Source: Octopus vulgaris
Taxonomy: Eukaryota
Assembly (NCBI GenBank): GCA_951406725.2
Contig: OX597817.1
Location: forward strand, 121,458,001 to 121,522,000
DNA: 64,000 nucleotides
Direction: 5' to 3'
Shown: piece by piece, positions 1 to 13,830 of the stretch
Position numbering within the stretch: the first letter of the stretch is position 1
Layout of the letters: each line of letters begins with the position of its first letter
The notes under the pieces: generated by a model
What the model was told of the DNA's origin: nothing
The model's input: only the letters and a program-made list of their open reading frames with translations
The model's database searches: none
Translations under genes and position numbers: made by a program

Positions 1-100
1 AAACGTATAAAGTGAAAAAAAAATCCAAACGTTGATTTGACATCCCATTGATATGTCAGTGTCTGTGTATTTGTGGATAATTGTATTTGAAATGGTTCAT

Positions 101-101
101 G

Positions 102-186
<85 letters not shown>

Positions 187-360
187 AGAAGAAGAAGAAG
201 AAGAAGAAGAAGAAGAAGAAGAAGAAGAAGAAGAAGAAGAAGAAGAAGAAGAAGAAGAAGAAGAAGAAGAAGAAGAAGAAGAAGAAGAAGAAGAAGAAGA
301 AGAAGAAGAAGAAGAAGAAGAAGAAGCATTGTTCTGAAATACAGTTTCTCTAATATCAAT

Positions 361-408
<48 letters not shown>
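101..408. repeat. Compound microsatellite (GATA)n-(GA)n-(GAA)n, then (TA)n
   Basis: Read directly from the sequence: GATA/GA 101-182, GAA to 326, TA 365-408. Confidence 0.97.
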
Positions 409-412
<4 letters not shown>

Positions 413-491
413 ACCGGTATAAGATTTGCGCATGCGTATTCTGTATTCTGTATTGCATAATTATCTCAAACTTCACACTACGTGGGCAATA

Positions 492-577
492 GTGGCGAGC
501 TGGTTGAATCGTTACCGCGTCGGACAGAAATTATTAGCACAACTTTTTGTGGTTCTTTACGTTCAGAGTTAAAATTT
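492..577 (+). mobile_element. Degenerate 5' fragment of tRNA-derived SINE family A
   Basis: gtggcgagctggttgaatcgttacc...ttacgttcagagttaaaattt aligns by eye to the head of the intact copies at 34262-34494 and 61146-61378. Confidence 0.7.
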
Positions 578-2832
578 GAGACTATTACTAGTTCTACCTG
601 CATGCCAAGTATGTAAATTAAGAAACAAATAAGCTACTCTGAAGTTAGATCTTTTTGAGAAAAGTATTCTGAACAGCTGTTGACAGTATTTGTTTCTATT
701 ATCACCAAATGAAAAAAACAAAAAAAAGGCAATTACTTATTAGTTTAATGTGATGAAGTTAAAGCTAATTTGAATCTACGTATTATACTTCTAGAACAAG
801 ACACAGGTGGAAAAGAAGGTTATCGAATGTAACAATATTAGAGGGTGTAATTTTGAAATCCGGGAAGTTGTATGATGTGGGAATTGCCTAAAAATTAAAG
901 TTAAAAAAATTAAAGCAATCTCAAGCACTTGAAATAGTTAAGTACGATGACGATTATATTATGAATAAATATATTGAACTTTCGAAACTTAAAAACATGA
1001 TAGATACATACGGGATTCGAAACTGCCTAAATGTCAGTGCCTTAGATTCTGCAAATGCGGAAATATGTGGTGTGCAACAATGAATATATAATTCGGGAAA
1101 ACACTTTATCTATACTAAAATCTATTCTTGCATTCACTGAAATTCAGACTTGAACTTGATATAAAATCATAAACAATTATAATTGTTGTTATTTCTACTG
1201 CTTTCAAAACATCTAAAGCACTCAATGAATGCATATTTAGATATATGGTCAAACCTTGTCAATGTTTCTGAGGACTACAAACATTTAATAAATTGCTTAA
1301 TGAGATATTTGGCAAGGTGAGACAATAAGAGTTTACGATAAGTCAAATATATTGAATAGGTTTCGGTGGAGAAAATGCAACAACATTATTCAAAAGAAGA
1401 AAATGACATTATAGTAAGACGATACATCATCCCTAAAGTAAATATTAAATAGCTTGAGCAATGGACATTTAAGAAGAATCGATACATTCAAATGTTCTAA
1501 TGCTAGATGCATTTCAAATAAGGAATGTTAGCATTACTTGTCAACACTAATTGGACACAACTCAATAATTGTTTTATGGAGAATACCAATTTATTCTTCG
1601 TTTAAGAGCCTGAAATAGTAGTAGCAGTTGTGATTTCTTTTATGCGTTTCAACCATGAGGCTGGGAACATGTTGGAGCACTACTATTGTTTAACTTCACA
1701 TACGCGCTGAGACTGAAAAGCGAAAGGTGTTCCTTCAATTGTGGTTATCTAAGCTTTGTTTTGATTTCACACTATGTGTTCCTAGGACCATCATCTAAAT
1801 GAGTATTTCTATGTTTGAAAAGAGAGTTGGGTACCATCTGAAGGAGATGAAGCTATTATATCCACCATATTTAGCGATCACATGCAGTAGCACTCGTTAG
1901 CTCGTTTTTTGATGCACTTAACATACTATCGCAGCAGGTTAGCTTAATGGGAAGTAATTTGATAATTTCATTAACAGATTACAAATGTGGGTCAACACGA
2001 CAGAAAAGACAACAAAAAATACAAAACACTAATTAACACCAATTAATTAAGAATTAGACTGAACTAAGTCGATCAGACTTCCTATTTTCAAGATTCACTA
2101 TTAATTAGCTTAATTGCTAGTAAAACGATGTTAGTATATTCTTTCTAAATTGTATTGTTCTGTTGCCAATTTGTTATTACTACAAGTCAACTTGATATAT
2201 TCTTCACTAAATATACTGTTTAGTTTGTAGAACTGACAATTCCACACAAGATGGAAACGACTAGAAATATTCTTAGATATTCTTTTTAAATATTCCCATC
2301 TTACTTCTTCGTTGTTTTGGCGTCATTCCAATCAGGTAACAACATACATTTTCACTGTACTTCTATTTTCTTCACACTCCCACGTAATTTTTTTCATCAT
2401 CATCTCTCTCTCTTTCTCTTTCTCTCTCTCGCTCAACTTTCTGTTCCTCACACACGACCACACGCACCTCTTTCCTCTAACACTCATACACATACATAAC
2501 CTGTATTTACCCATCTGTTACATATAACATATACTTAATCATACTGCTACAGAACAGAGTGAAGCACAGTTTGACAAATGAATCGACAACCTAGATAAAT
2601 GTGATCACCAAATTGGACAACTAATTTGAGAAACATGTCTTTTGGGACAAAGCGTTTGTATTTTAATTAAGGTTTTCTAGAATATGTGCTGAGTAAATAT
2701 AAGTCGGATTGCAGAGGGAAAATGACATATGAGATTTTACTATTAAATTTAGAGTAAAATTTAATATTTATTTTCCACAAACTGATCTTGTATATTTTCC
2801 AATTTGACGAATCAATATTAATAGTGTTATAA

Positions 2833-2904
2833 CACACACGCACTCACTCACGAGTACACACATACGCACACACACACTCTCTCTCTCACACGCTCACACA
2901 CACG

Positions 2905-2969
<65 letters not shown>
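2833..2969. repeat. (CA)n microsatellite
   Basis: Read directly from the sequence. Confidence 0.95.
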
Positions 2970-2971
<2 letters not shown>

Positions 2972-5444
2972 AAATACGTAAAATCTTTACATATTCACTA
3001 TGTAAATATTTCCAGTTGTTGCATACATTTCAAACTTAGAGCTTAAAGTCTTTGAAGTCGTACGATTAGGGTGATATAATCTGTTGTGGTTGCTACACTG
3101 AGTGGTAAGAAAAAGCCAATGAACGATTTCTCTTATTTAATCATCGTTATCGTCAACAGTTTCAGAAGATGGGTTATCCAACATTAGTAATACCTTTGTC
3201 TCATTAGCAGAAACTTTGAGGATATGCTTCTGCTATTTAAGAACAACAGGAACGTGACAAGAACTAGATATTTTCTTTTTTTTTTTTAAATAATGAGAAT
3301 AATGTACTGGTAATAGGTTGTACCATGTCTTTCAAATTATATTGACACGCTGATCACCCATTCTTTAAATTTAGACGTTGCCTACCTTATCGTCTGCATA
3401 CGTGGAATAATACTCTGAAATACATACCTTGTATATTTAGGGACCTTGTGTACAAGAGTCATTCTTAAAGAACAAGCTCACCGGCTTTTTTAACAAGATT
3501 GCTGGCTAATCGTAGAACTAGCGCCTGTTCTGACATTGTTTTTCTATATAACGTTGGCGTAGAGATTAGTTACTGCTATCTCTAGCCGTCGAGTGTCCAT
3601 CATGGACGATACCAAGAATGGTCGAAATTGCGTGAGCTGGTGGTCTCGACGCTAGAGATGGTGGGAATTTATCTCCCCGCAAGCCATATAAACAAGAATG
3701 CATTTTACATCAAATGCCAATATGAAAGTTTCTCACAGTATCTACCGCAGTTCAACAGGACATTAACGTTTTAATGGGCATAATTATCACCCTTAAAAAT
3801 CTCAGCTACTCCGGTTACTAGCTGTCTATAAAAACTAATTTCAATGGGACATTAAGAGTGCTTTAAACTTGGTTCGTTTAAAGTCGCCCTGAATTATTCC
3901 ATTTCCACATTTCGAGCACTGCTTCATTCACTTTAAGAAATTTGATTATTCATTGCATTCCGAATTTTAAATCGTTTTCACATTACAGATCGTTGAAGAA
4001 TAAACCAATTTCAACAATGCACTTTCAAGATTTCCATATTTTGCCATTTTCAATCGCTTTCTTACACTAAGATGATGGCTTAGGATTTGCATCAATATCA
4101 TATTTTAAAGAAAATGTAAAGAGTTAGGTCTTCGAAACTATTTCGATTTTAACATTAGCTTTCACAAAATATCATTACTGAAGCAGCAATCAATAAGTTC
4201 CAAGTAAACTCAATGTTTTTACTTACGTTTAGGATCACATGCATTTTATTTAGATTAATATTTTACTTTGAAGCCATGGGGAAGAATGCAATAAAACAGA
4301 TGCCTAATAAATATCAACGAAAAATGTAAGAAAAAGTGCCACTAGATTATTTCACAGTAACCTGACGAAGAAATATTATAAAGAACAGAATTATTATAAG
4401 AAAAAGAATTTCAGAAAAAATATTTTTAGCGAATTTATTCATATAAAACTTCTCAATATGAAAAATGGGTGCATGAGGCCAACTAAAATAGAGAAGTTTT
4501 ATACACGCAACGGGGGGAATCTAGTTAACTAAGAGAAGCATGGAGACGAGGAGTGAATAAATTCGAATTCTAGACGAATTAAGACATTAGGAGCGAGAGT
4601 AGAATTAGGAGACAAACAGGATATTTCTAAGACAGGCAGTAAAATTGTATGTATGCATATGTGTCTGTGTATATAAATGCGTGTGTGTATGTATATAAAT
4701 GAGTGTACACACACGCAAACATGCTATGAGGTGAACCCAAGCATCTTAACCATTAATGTTTCCGTAAGATAAATTTTAGTAGATACTCAAGATAAGACTT
4801 AAATCTTTCTCTTGTTTAAACAATCTTACCGTTGGTGGTAAATGAAAGACTGGTGGGACGGGGTCATTTCAACTTTTCTTATGGTTTAATCAGTAATCGG
4901 TTACTTTATACATTATTGCTACCGCATAACTGTTTTTATAGCTTCTCGTATCACTCTTATATGTAAATCAGTCAGACTGAATTGTATATTTGATACGTTT
5001 CCGTCTGTTAGTTCTGTTACATATATTACTGACATACCAATAGTATTTAGCCGTTACTGCGTTCATAAATTAAATAAATTTACTATATATAAAAAACAGA
5101 CTTAAATGCCATATTTATAGAATGTCTCAATGGACAGTAATATACCGACAGACTGGACAAGTTTATATAAAATGTTGTTGCAGTTTCATCCTCATAATAT
5201 ATGGTAGAACGTATGTCACGTCTACAAGACGTGTGCGTTCGTGTTCCAATGGTAGCCTTTGATATTTTCTACCCCAAAGGGCTTTTCAGCCCAGTATTTA
5301 CAAGATATTATTTATAGTTGTACATATGCTACGAGATGCAGTTCTACACTCACACACATGCTCGTGTACAAATACATACATACATACATACACACACATA
5401 TATGCATATTCGAGAGCAGAATTAAAGAGAATCAGTTTATCAAT

Positions 5445-5500
<56 letters not shown>

Positions 5501-5559
5501 TATGTGCATTTCTGTGTGTGTGTGCGTGTGCTGATTTCTTCAGAGTGGTGGGTTTCGTT

Positions 5560-6330
5560 TCACCTCACCTTTGTGTTTTCCCCTTGGTTGTTGGCTGATT
5601 TGGTGTATAAGTGAGTTTGACACTGTTACCCTCATCTATAACTCGTGCCTGGACGTTGTTTCATTCGGTATTGTGGAGAGGAGAATGTCTGGCTCATTTT
5701 TGAAGACATCCACGACCACCTTGCATAAGTTGCTTAGTTTTTGTGGCAGAATATTGAAGACTGTGGGCCTTTGACCCAAGGCTGTTGCAGTAACTGTTAT
5801 TAACTAGTTGGAGTGGACGGTACCTTTGGTACAATACAATGACGTCCAGTTCTGTCATTTTATTTAACACTCGATGGCGAAACTATGTACTAGTACTTCA
5901 AGAATTTTCCATATGTGAATTATTACACACCTGTCGCGTCTTCGCTTCAGGGAGTAAAGTCGTAATATTATTAGTCTCTCCCCGTAGTTCATCAGCTGCA
6001 CTATTACAATCATTTTATATAATGACGGTGGAGCGCTGCAAGCTCTGCTGTTAGTTTGGCGTTATGTGGCGACCATAACTGAGAGCAGTAATCCAGGCGG
6101 CTCAGAGCAAATTTCCTTCACATGGTCAGCATGAGGTCTTTGACTCTGGTCTTGAAGGACCTTAGTATCCACCTGCCAGTTGTCGGAACTATGCTACCAT
6201 CTTATATAATGTGCATCATTATACATACTCATCTACAAGTCTCTCACTGCCTTTGGGTCCTGTATATGCAGGCTGTGGTGCGTTTTTGACCTGAGAAAGT
6301 CACAGTGGAATCTTTGCCGGCGAACAAAAC
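5560..6330 (-). mobile_element. CR1/L2-clade LINE remnant, C-terminal RT region and 3' end
   Basis: Minus-strand translation across frameshifts gives WILRSFKTR..MLT..LSRLDYCSQLWSPH, RTGRHCIVPKVP and YCNSLG..FNILPQ.L.NL..VDVFK..D..LS.IP.E, which are typical CR1 ORF2 C-terminal motifs. Confidence 0.8.
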
Positions 6331-6383
6331 CTGTTTTTCTATTTTCTTATATAAATTTCGTACCACTTTTGATATTTTTTTCT

Positions 6384-6625
6384 CATGATGGTGCGGACGA
6401 AATAGATATTTCATCTACTATCTTCTCTACAAATTTTAAGATTTTTGCTTATATATACAAACGATCTCATAACATTGAAGTTATCTAAAGTAAGTGCTTA
6501 CGAAACAGATGTTAAAAAGTTACGAAAGCAATGGCAACGTAAAATAAAATATGGACTAGCTTAGGATGTGAAGGATGTGAAAACGTGTAAGCTGTCGACA
6601 ACCAGCGGATGAAAGTCAACACTCT
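6384..6625 (+). mobile_element. Possible highly decayed mariner 5' fragment
   Basis: Weak resemblance to the mariner N-terminal HTH region (FLYEFK..HN; LED.E..R..AVDN); many disruptions. Confidence 0.25.
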
Positions 6626-6699
6626 TCATTGAGGATTCGAGAATTTGTGGAGGATTTGTAAAGTTCCAAGACCATTCCGCCCAAACGGTGCTTCAATAA

Positions 6700-7015
6700 G
6701 GATTGTTTGGGGATGTTGAACGAAACACCCATGTTTCCAGAGGTGAATTATTCAAATTCCAAAGATTTTCTCTCAACACATGGCTATGATGCTCTCCCAC
6801 TACTCCTGCTTATGATCAGAGATGCATATATTGTTAGCCATTAAGGAACATGCTCAACTAGTTGAGGTCAAACCACTGACAAGCAAATCTATGGTATTGG
6901 GCAGAATATTTGCTGAAGCCCATCTTTTACACCAAGACAAAGCATGTACATGATAACACTTCCAATCAGTTAAGATCAGAAGCTATGAGAGCCAGTGCCT
7001 GGTACTGCACCAATA
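6700..7015 (+). mobile_element. Unclassified interspersed repeat ending in (TAT)n
   Basis: GC-richer block ending in attattattc; recognised from memory as a common octopus repeat. It is single-copy in this window, so this is unverified. Confidence 0.4.
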
Positions 7016-7050
7016 TTATTATTCTTATTGTTTTGATTCTCGTTGTTGTA

Positions 7051-8043
7051 TTAGGTCGTCAAGTATGAAATTTGTAGAAAAGAAAAAAGTTTACTGATGT
7101 TTTATAAATACAAGAAATAGTTTTAGTCATCAAAGTATGCACCCATATTGTCAATACACTTTTGCCATTTCAACCGTGGCTTGTCCAGCCCGGAACTGTA
7201 AAATCCTGGCAATCTAGAGTCAATAAAATCTTGGAAGACCAGTTTCCTGTTTTACAGCATCGTCGGAATTAATTTCTTTTCCTATTAAAAAGTTATCCTA
7301 ATTCTGGAAGAAGTGGTAGTCTGTGGGGGCAAGATTAGGCGAGTAAGGGGGATGATAGAGAACTTCCAACTCCAACTCCTGTAGTTTCGCCAATGTAATT
7401 TTTTGTGATGTGTGGTCTGGCTTTGTCTTGCAATAAAATAAGAGTGGATCAGTTGACTAAACTAGGCTGTTCTTTTGTAAGTTTCTGCATCATTTGGTTC
7501 AGTTGGCTGCAGTGTACTTCGGCCGTGATTGATGAGCCGGGTTGAATGGAATCATAATATATCACACCTGCGCCAGACCACCAAACACATACTGTCAGCT
7601 TCTTTTGATGAATTTTGCTTTTTAAACCGTGTTTTGGTGGCTCGTCGTTGCCCAACCATTGTGATGAACGTTTACGGTTGTTGTATTGGATCTATTTCTC
7701 ATCACATGCTACAATTCGATTACAAAATTATTCCTTTTAGTGACGAGAAAGTAGCATAATGCAGGCTTCCAAAACGTTGCTGTTTCTGATTTTCATTGAG
7801 TTTATGTGGAACCCGCTTATCCAACTTTTTCACTTTACCGATTTGAACTAGGTGAGTCAATATCGTTTGCTTGCTAACACCAAACAACAACGATAATTCA
7901 CGAGCACTTTGAGATGGATCTAACTCGACGGTGGCTTCAGGTTCTTCATTATCTACCTTTATTTCTGGTCGACCGCATTGCTCATTTGTGAGGTCAAAAT
8001 TACCAGAACGAAATTTTGCAAACCAATTTGATACTGTCTGCTG
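7051..8043 (-). mobile_element. Mariner (DD34D) transposon, 5'-truncated, pseudogenised transposase
   Basis: TA then TIR ttaggtcgtcaagtatgaaattt at 7051. Peptides QQTVSNWFAKFRSG, KVKKLDKRVPHKL, KKLTVCVWW, HPPYSPNLAPTDYHFF and WQKCID..GAYFDD* (stop at 7123-7125). Frameshifted. Confidence 0.92.
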
Positions 8044-8099
8044 TATAATAACATTATAATGAAATACTACCTCCACCAGTAACAACAATACCAGCAACC

Positions 8100-9960
8100 G
8101 TAACAACAACTACAACGATAGTAACACCTGTAGCACCTGACACTCTGTCTCCTATAACTCCAACAACAAATCATACGACATGACGAGGATCTAACCCCAT
8201 AGTCTTACTCTTCAACGAATGGGTATGCATCCCACCACAGACTGACAATGAGACAGAAGTAAAGATTTCCTTAGCTAGAAATAAACTCCGACACATCTTA
8301 GATATAACAAAACCGCTAAGAAATATAATGAAGAGGAGATCCACCAACTCAATTCATCTTCTTCCAAAGGCTTACAAAAATTGAAACAGCGAAGTAGGTA
8401 CAGAGAATTAGTGTGCTTCCCTACGGACAAGTCTGGCAGTCTGTCGATAGACAGCCCACAGAAACATGTCCAGACCATGCAACAACACATCAGTAGCATG
8501 AGTAGAGTTGCACCACAGGAACATGAACCAGTGGAAAAATTTCTCAGTGCAAACATGGGAATGTAGTGCAACCTACTCCAACCCAAGAAACGGAGCGCAC
8601 AAAATTTCCAAGCATTCAACAACGATGTTCGTACGCTATACGGGCTACGTAAGGACCATAGAACTTACGTAAACCCTGTTATGGGGCCAGTTTTCAGAGC
8701 GAATATCTCTACCAATTATAGGTTGTCCTACTTCCTCTCATAGGTGTTACAACTACTCATTGAAATGTCCTCGAATGTTGTGGGAGCACGGAGGATATCC
8801 TCAGTAGAATCAGTAGTTGCAACCACTCCAACGATCTTGCAAGTTGTGTAGTGAGTAGTATGAATGTAGTTTCACTCTACCCATCTATAGACGTAGATTT
8901 TGCCGTGGGAAAATGCATTGAAATTATCTGTGAGAGTGAAGTAGAGTTCCGTGAAATCAACACGTGGGAACTGAGCCTTCTTCTTAAACTAAGCTTTGAC
9001 TAAGTAGTGAGACAACATGAGTTTAGTAGATTCTGCCCCACTAGGTCACAGAGGAGAAGACCACCGACCATCACCTCGGCAGTGAAGAAAAGCACCACAG
9101 GGCGCTGGAATTGTTGGACCATACAGACCCAGGACACAACAATGAGGTGAAAAGAATGATTGCACATGCAATAGGGGAGCTAGAAAGAAGTTAGCATTAT
9201 ATGTAATGAAAGCAGTGGTACCTGCCCTAGATACAGAGGTAAAGATTGAAATATGATACGGAGAGTTTATGACAAAGCAAACAGGATGAACACATGGTAC
9301 AAGGCCGACAAATAATAAGGACTGAGTTATGTAGAGGCCATAGTCTATGGAGAACTAATCCGAAGATTTAGCAAAACTCTGAAAGAGACCAAACTCAACA
9401 TTAAGATTGTTGAAAAACCAGGGAGAGCCATCAGATCACAGATATGTAGGACTTACCCCTTTGAGAATACCATATGCACCGATGAGAACTGCATGGTCTG
9501 TGAGATTAACCCAGGCATTGACTGTAAAACTATAAATGTAGACTGCAGCATGAGGTGCATAGAGGGTGCATGACATATATTGATGAAACATCTAGAAATG
9601 CTGCGGAAGGATTAAATGAACATTTGAGACAATGTGACGACGAAAAATAGTCTTCCATACTCTAGCAACATGCCAAACACCAACACGGAGACACACTGGG
9701 TCGACTTGACATCCGCATTTTATCTAAGCACCCGAAGGACCTAACATAAAAAAAAATACAGGCGTATGTCTTAATAAATGAAACATCCCGCGTCATAAAT
9801 AGGAGATACACATAGGTGGTAGTAATACTCCAGCACCTTCAGTTTATACATATCCAGGTAGAGTCGTTAGGTGACTATTATGTAGGTGGCTATTATATAT
9901 GCTTATACACACCGATACACACAACAAAGAACGCAGCTCGGATAACGGACAGAGTCAGCA
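8100..9960 (+). mobile_element. Penelope-like retroelement remnant (RT plus GIY-YIG endonuclease), internally deleted
   Basis: Peptides GLQKLKQR..LVCFPTDKSG, LYGLRKDH..N.RLSYFLS and SMNVVSLYPSID (RT). Also CTDENCMVC..CKT.NV....C..YIDETSRN...LNEH (GIY-YIG with the upstream Cys motif). Many stops. Confidence 0.85.
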
Positions 9961-10219
9961 ACTATTGAAGAAGCAACGAGAATTTTAGATAAAAAGAAGT
10001 AAATAAGTGGAATTGAACCGGTGATTGTGTTAATTAAAAAAGCATTAAAACAGAATATGCTCCAATACACGAATTCACATAAAGAATCTTGCAAACCAAA
10101 TACAAAACTGAAATAATAATTATTATTTGCTTTTAATTTACATGTTTCTTACAATCTGGCCTATTCGCATCTATCTTTCTGTCAGTTTGAATTGTGAAAT
10201 TCCAGAGGAGTGAGATGTT

Positions 10220-10244
10220 ATCATCATCATCATCATCATCATCA

Positions 10245-10312
<68 letters not shown>
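10220..10312. repeat. (TCA)n-(TTA)n microsatellite at the 3' junction of a Dong/R4 LINE
   Basis: Read directly from the sequence. Confidence 0.95.
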
Positions 10313-10745
10313 TATCCTTCTTCATATTTTCTTACATTTCTCGTCGAGTGTTTTCCGTACACCTAGGGTAGAGAAACTCATTGTATGCATTCCCAGATTA
10401 CACACGCAAATTCACAGGTAAAATATGTATTTAAAAAAGTTAATGAATAAATAAATTCATGAATGGATGTTGTTTTCACAGCGATAATGCTCTTCTCAGT
10501 ACAGGAGTCGTTCCAGTTAACAGGAGATTTTTGCACTTCCTGTAGGGATGGTAAACCTGGTATCATTTTTCAAATAGGTTTCAGTACTTCTTTTTTAAAT
10601 CATTCCTAAAGATCCTACAATCACTGGTATTGTAGTCGCCTTGAGATGCCACATTTTTTCAATTTCTATTAGCAAGTCTTTATATTTATTGATCTTGTCA
10701 AATTCTTTCGCCGCTATATTGTGATCGCAAGGAAGGCTCACGTTA
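10313..10745 (-). mobile_element. R4/Dong-clade LINE 3' end (restriction-like endonuclease plus 3' UTR), 5'-truncated
   Basis: Peptides VSLPCDHNIAAKEFDKINKYKDLLIEIEKMWHLKATTIPVIVGSLGMI and IPGLPSLQEVQK. The 3' end runs into (TAA)n, the known Dong target. Confidence 0.88.
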
Positions 10746-11289
10746 TATGAACCTGGGTCATTCGGTGGACTACTCAGTATTTGCACATTAACTTCAGGAG
10801 TAGGAATACGTTTGGTTATACAATCGAAAGCTGAAGTACAAGAAGGGTGGAGAGTCAGCCATATATAAACAAGCGTCCAAATAGTTGCAAAAGTGACAAC
10901 CTAGAAAACGGAATATCAAGAGTTAACTCATTCAATATATTTTTAAAGTTTCAGAAGTGTGTCCTAACGGTGAATATTTGAATAGTGAGAACATGTGTAC
11001 CTAATCCTCGATGATTTTATCTACGGTAAGTTTGTGAAAAGATGTAATTAAAGTTTAATTACAATTAACATACAGGCAATTCCCTTTATCTTTTCTTTTC
11101 AATCATCCTAACGATTACCTGTCCAAACTGTGAGGCTGAATGCGATCCAGATGTATTTTGAATGAGTATAACAGTCTTTACTCGAGTGATTAGAATAGGG
11201 ATATCTATTTTCATGGCTTGACGATGCAGTAAAGTGCAGGCTAAGTGTGACGGTATTTTATGTCTCTTTTTTGCAGGAACAGTTCAAAG

Positions 11290-12108
11290 TTTGGGTGAAC
11301 AGGCAACGGTGCTATAGAGCATAAGGTTTAAAGCTGTAGTTGACAAAATTTTAGATGACATGTGGTACCGGAAGCTACCTTAATTATGAAAAAGAGTTAC
11401 CTGTATCATGATGATTTGCGCCAAAACGTGATTGCTGGCCAATGCTCTGTCAACATTATAAACGCTGTAGAACATGATATGGACATCATGAAATCCAAGC
11501 TCTCCCAAACCATGATGGATTTGGGGGGGGGGGTGTCACTAGTGAAGGTGACGTCATACCGCTCCACATCTTTGAAGAGGGCCTGAGGCTCGATTCAGAC
11601 GACCATATGAAGCTGCTGGAGACTGTGGTCAAACTCTAGCTGACAAGAGTTGGTACTGGAAGGCCGTATGAGTGACAGAAGGATTTGGTTCATTGCCACA
11701 CCCCCAGAAAGACAAGTGATCATCGGAGAATTTCTACGTATTCATCAGCCCCATTTTCTGGCCTTTAAATACCCCCAATCTTAATCCCAACGATTTTTTA
11801 TGAGCGGGTGCGGTTGATAAAGATTCTAACCGCTATGTCTACAACAGCGAGGTTGAACTGGTGACCAAGATCAAAGAGGCGTTTGAAAATCTTCCCAGGG
11901 ACACAGTAAAGAACACCTGCACCAGGTTCTGGGGTCGTTTTGAGGCCGTTGTTGAAACTGAGTGCAGCTACTTTAAGTAACCTGTTATCTACCAACTTTA
12001 ATCTAGGTAATATTGTTCTGATTTTTAAAGTACTTTTAGTTTTGTATAAGATATTGTTTTTCCTTTCCCTTTAATGCAAATTATTAAATTTATCCCGAAC
12101 AACCTGTA
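11290..12108 (+). mobile_element. maT/DD37D-type Tc1/mariner remnant
   Basis: Peptides VTSEGDVIPLHIFEEGLRL, GRPY..Q.D...CHT, FWP.N.PNLNP.D and KNTCTRF.GRFEAVVE. Right TIR aaatttatcccgaacaacctg followed by TA at 12107. Left end unclear. Confidence 0.82.
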
Positions 12109-12299
12109 CATTGAATACATTATTCGATATGAAAAACGCTAGGAAATATTTCGCAAAACATATTTTTATGACAGTTTAATTTCACGGATTAAGAAATTAC
12201 ATCTGCGTTTGTGGTTGATAATTTACGATTAATTTCTTGAAACCAGTTGCAAAAGTTAAAGTTATATATGTCTCAAATGTGGTGAATGAGGAAGCGAAG

Positions 12300-12720
12300 A
12301 GTCCAAAATAGATACGAACAAGAAAATAGCTTACAACCAGCATTAGAAGATTTTCGCCTGTTGAGCTCTCGATTAAAAGACCGTCTCTTATCTACTTTGC
12401 AAGAATCAGTGTTAAACTACTATTTAAACACATCGTAAAAATATCTATCGATAAGAAAGCTACTGACACCCAAATTTCCTCCTGACTCAGAACACTGAAG
12501 AAATATGATAAAAATATCAAAATCTTACTTTGTCCCTCAATAAAATACCCTGCTCTTGCATTGTAAGCAAAAAGGATTTCATGACTGAAATTAGTTTTGT
12601 TATAGCTCGGAATATTGTTCAAAGACAACTTCTTGATATTCGTAGGATAATTTGTAAAGGGTATAGTGATGCAATTACAAGTTTTGCTGTAGAGGACACA
12701 GAACATTCATGAATAATACA
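12300..12720 (+). mobile_element. hAT (Charlie/SPIN/GTF2IRD2-like) transposase N-terminal remnant
   Basis: KFPPDSE..R..I and MTEISFVIARNIV resemble the FPP.S..R and TEASF..AWNIA motifs of this group. Confidence 0.5.
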
Positions 12721-13799
12721 TAGCCGTAAACGTATTTTAGAAATTGCTGCTGCAATCACGTGCAGACTAATGTGAAAACCTGTGTAGCTTACAGTTTAAC
12801 ATTAGACAAGTCTTCATTCATTCAATATATCTTTTTAAATAGACGATCGAAATTTAGCAGGAATTCCTGGATTTCATAAATTTAAAGGAAACCGACAGAA
12901 AGTGTTGACATAAAAAGTTTGAGAGCTATAGATATTTCTGTGTCACTGACCATCGTCAGCAAAACATACTCAGACTTGAACTTGCGAGATCAGTCTTCCA
13001 ATATTTTTATATATAGAAAAAGTGTTACGCAGGTTTTGATCAGTAATAATTTGCATGAACGAGAATAAAATATTATTTAAAAGCAATAAATCACGGAGGA
13101 GGAATGAAATGAATTCAGGTAAATAATGTAAGAGTTGTTATAATGGATGGTATTCGCATAGAAGTTATGAGATTAACTGAAATATCTGTCTTAGCTGGAG
13201 AAGAAAAGAACCTTGAGGTAATTGTCAGTGGCTCTACGAGAAGATAATGCCAAATAATGAATTGATTTCACTGAATAAATTTGCATAGATATGGGAAAAT
13301 ATGATCTTCCATAAAATACACGAAGAGAGCCACGGTTATGTTTAGTTCTAAGGTCTAATATGTCTAAAACATTTACGAAATTTGTTACACTGGCAACCAA
13401 ATATATGAGTCACTCCTCCACAACTACAAGCATTCATTAAAATAAATTTTTAGGTTGATTGAAAATTCAGAGTTTGTCCATTGCCCTTTAGGAAATTAAA
13501 TTTTCATCAACGCTAATAATTTATTTTTCTCCCGTTTATATTATTTCAATTAAAAAAGATTTAAATTTCGAGACCAAAAGTGAGATAGATTGCACTTAAA
13601 CACATGTAAACACAAACACACACGTATACTTCCACATAAACATATGTATATTGGAAACCATTTTTGTTTATTTTGACACAACATTACCGTTTCTCAACAA
13701 TATCAAATTTTTCAAGGAAATCAAAATGCAACCCTAACATGGTTAGCATGGACAAATATCTTGAATCCAAGATCCTCTTAGTGTAAAACATAGAATAGT

Positions 13800-13830
<31 letters not shown>

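Noticed and set aside
580-1900. Possible very old DNA-transposon ORF (GPSSK..SWVP near 1785-1850)
   Set aside because: Only scattered weak motifs across frames; cannot be supported without a profile search.
4362-4430. CTGACGA...GAAA hammerhead-like spacing
   Set aside because: No stem I pairing and an A/T-rich stem II; likely chance.
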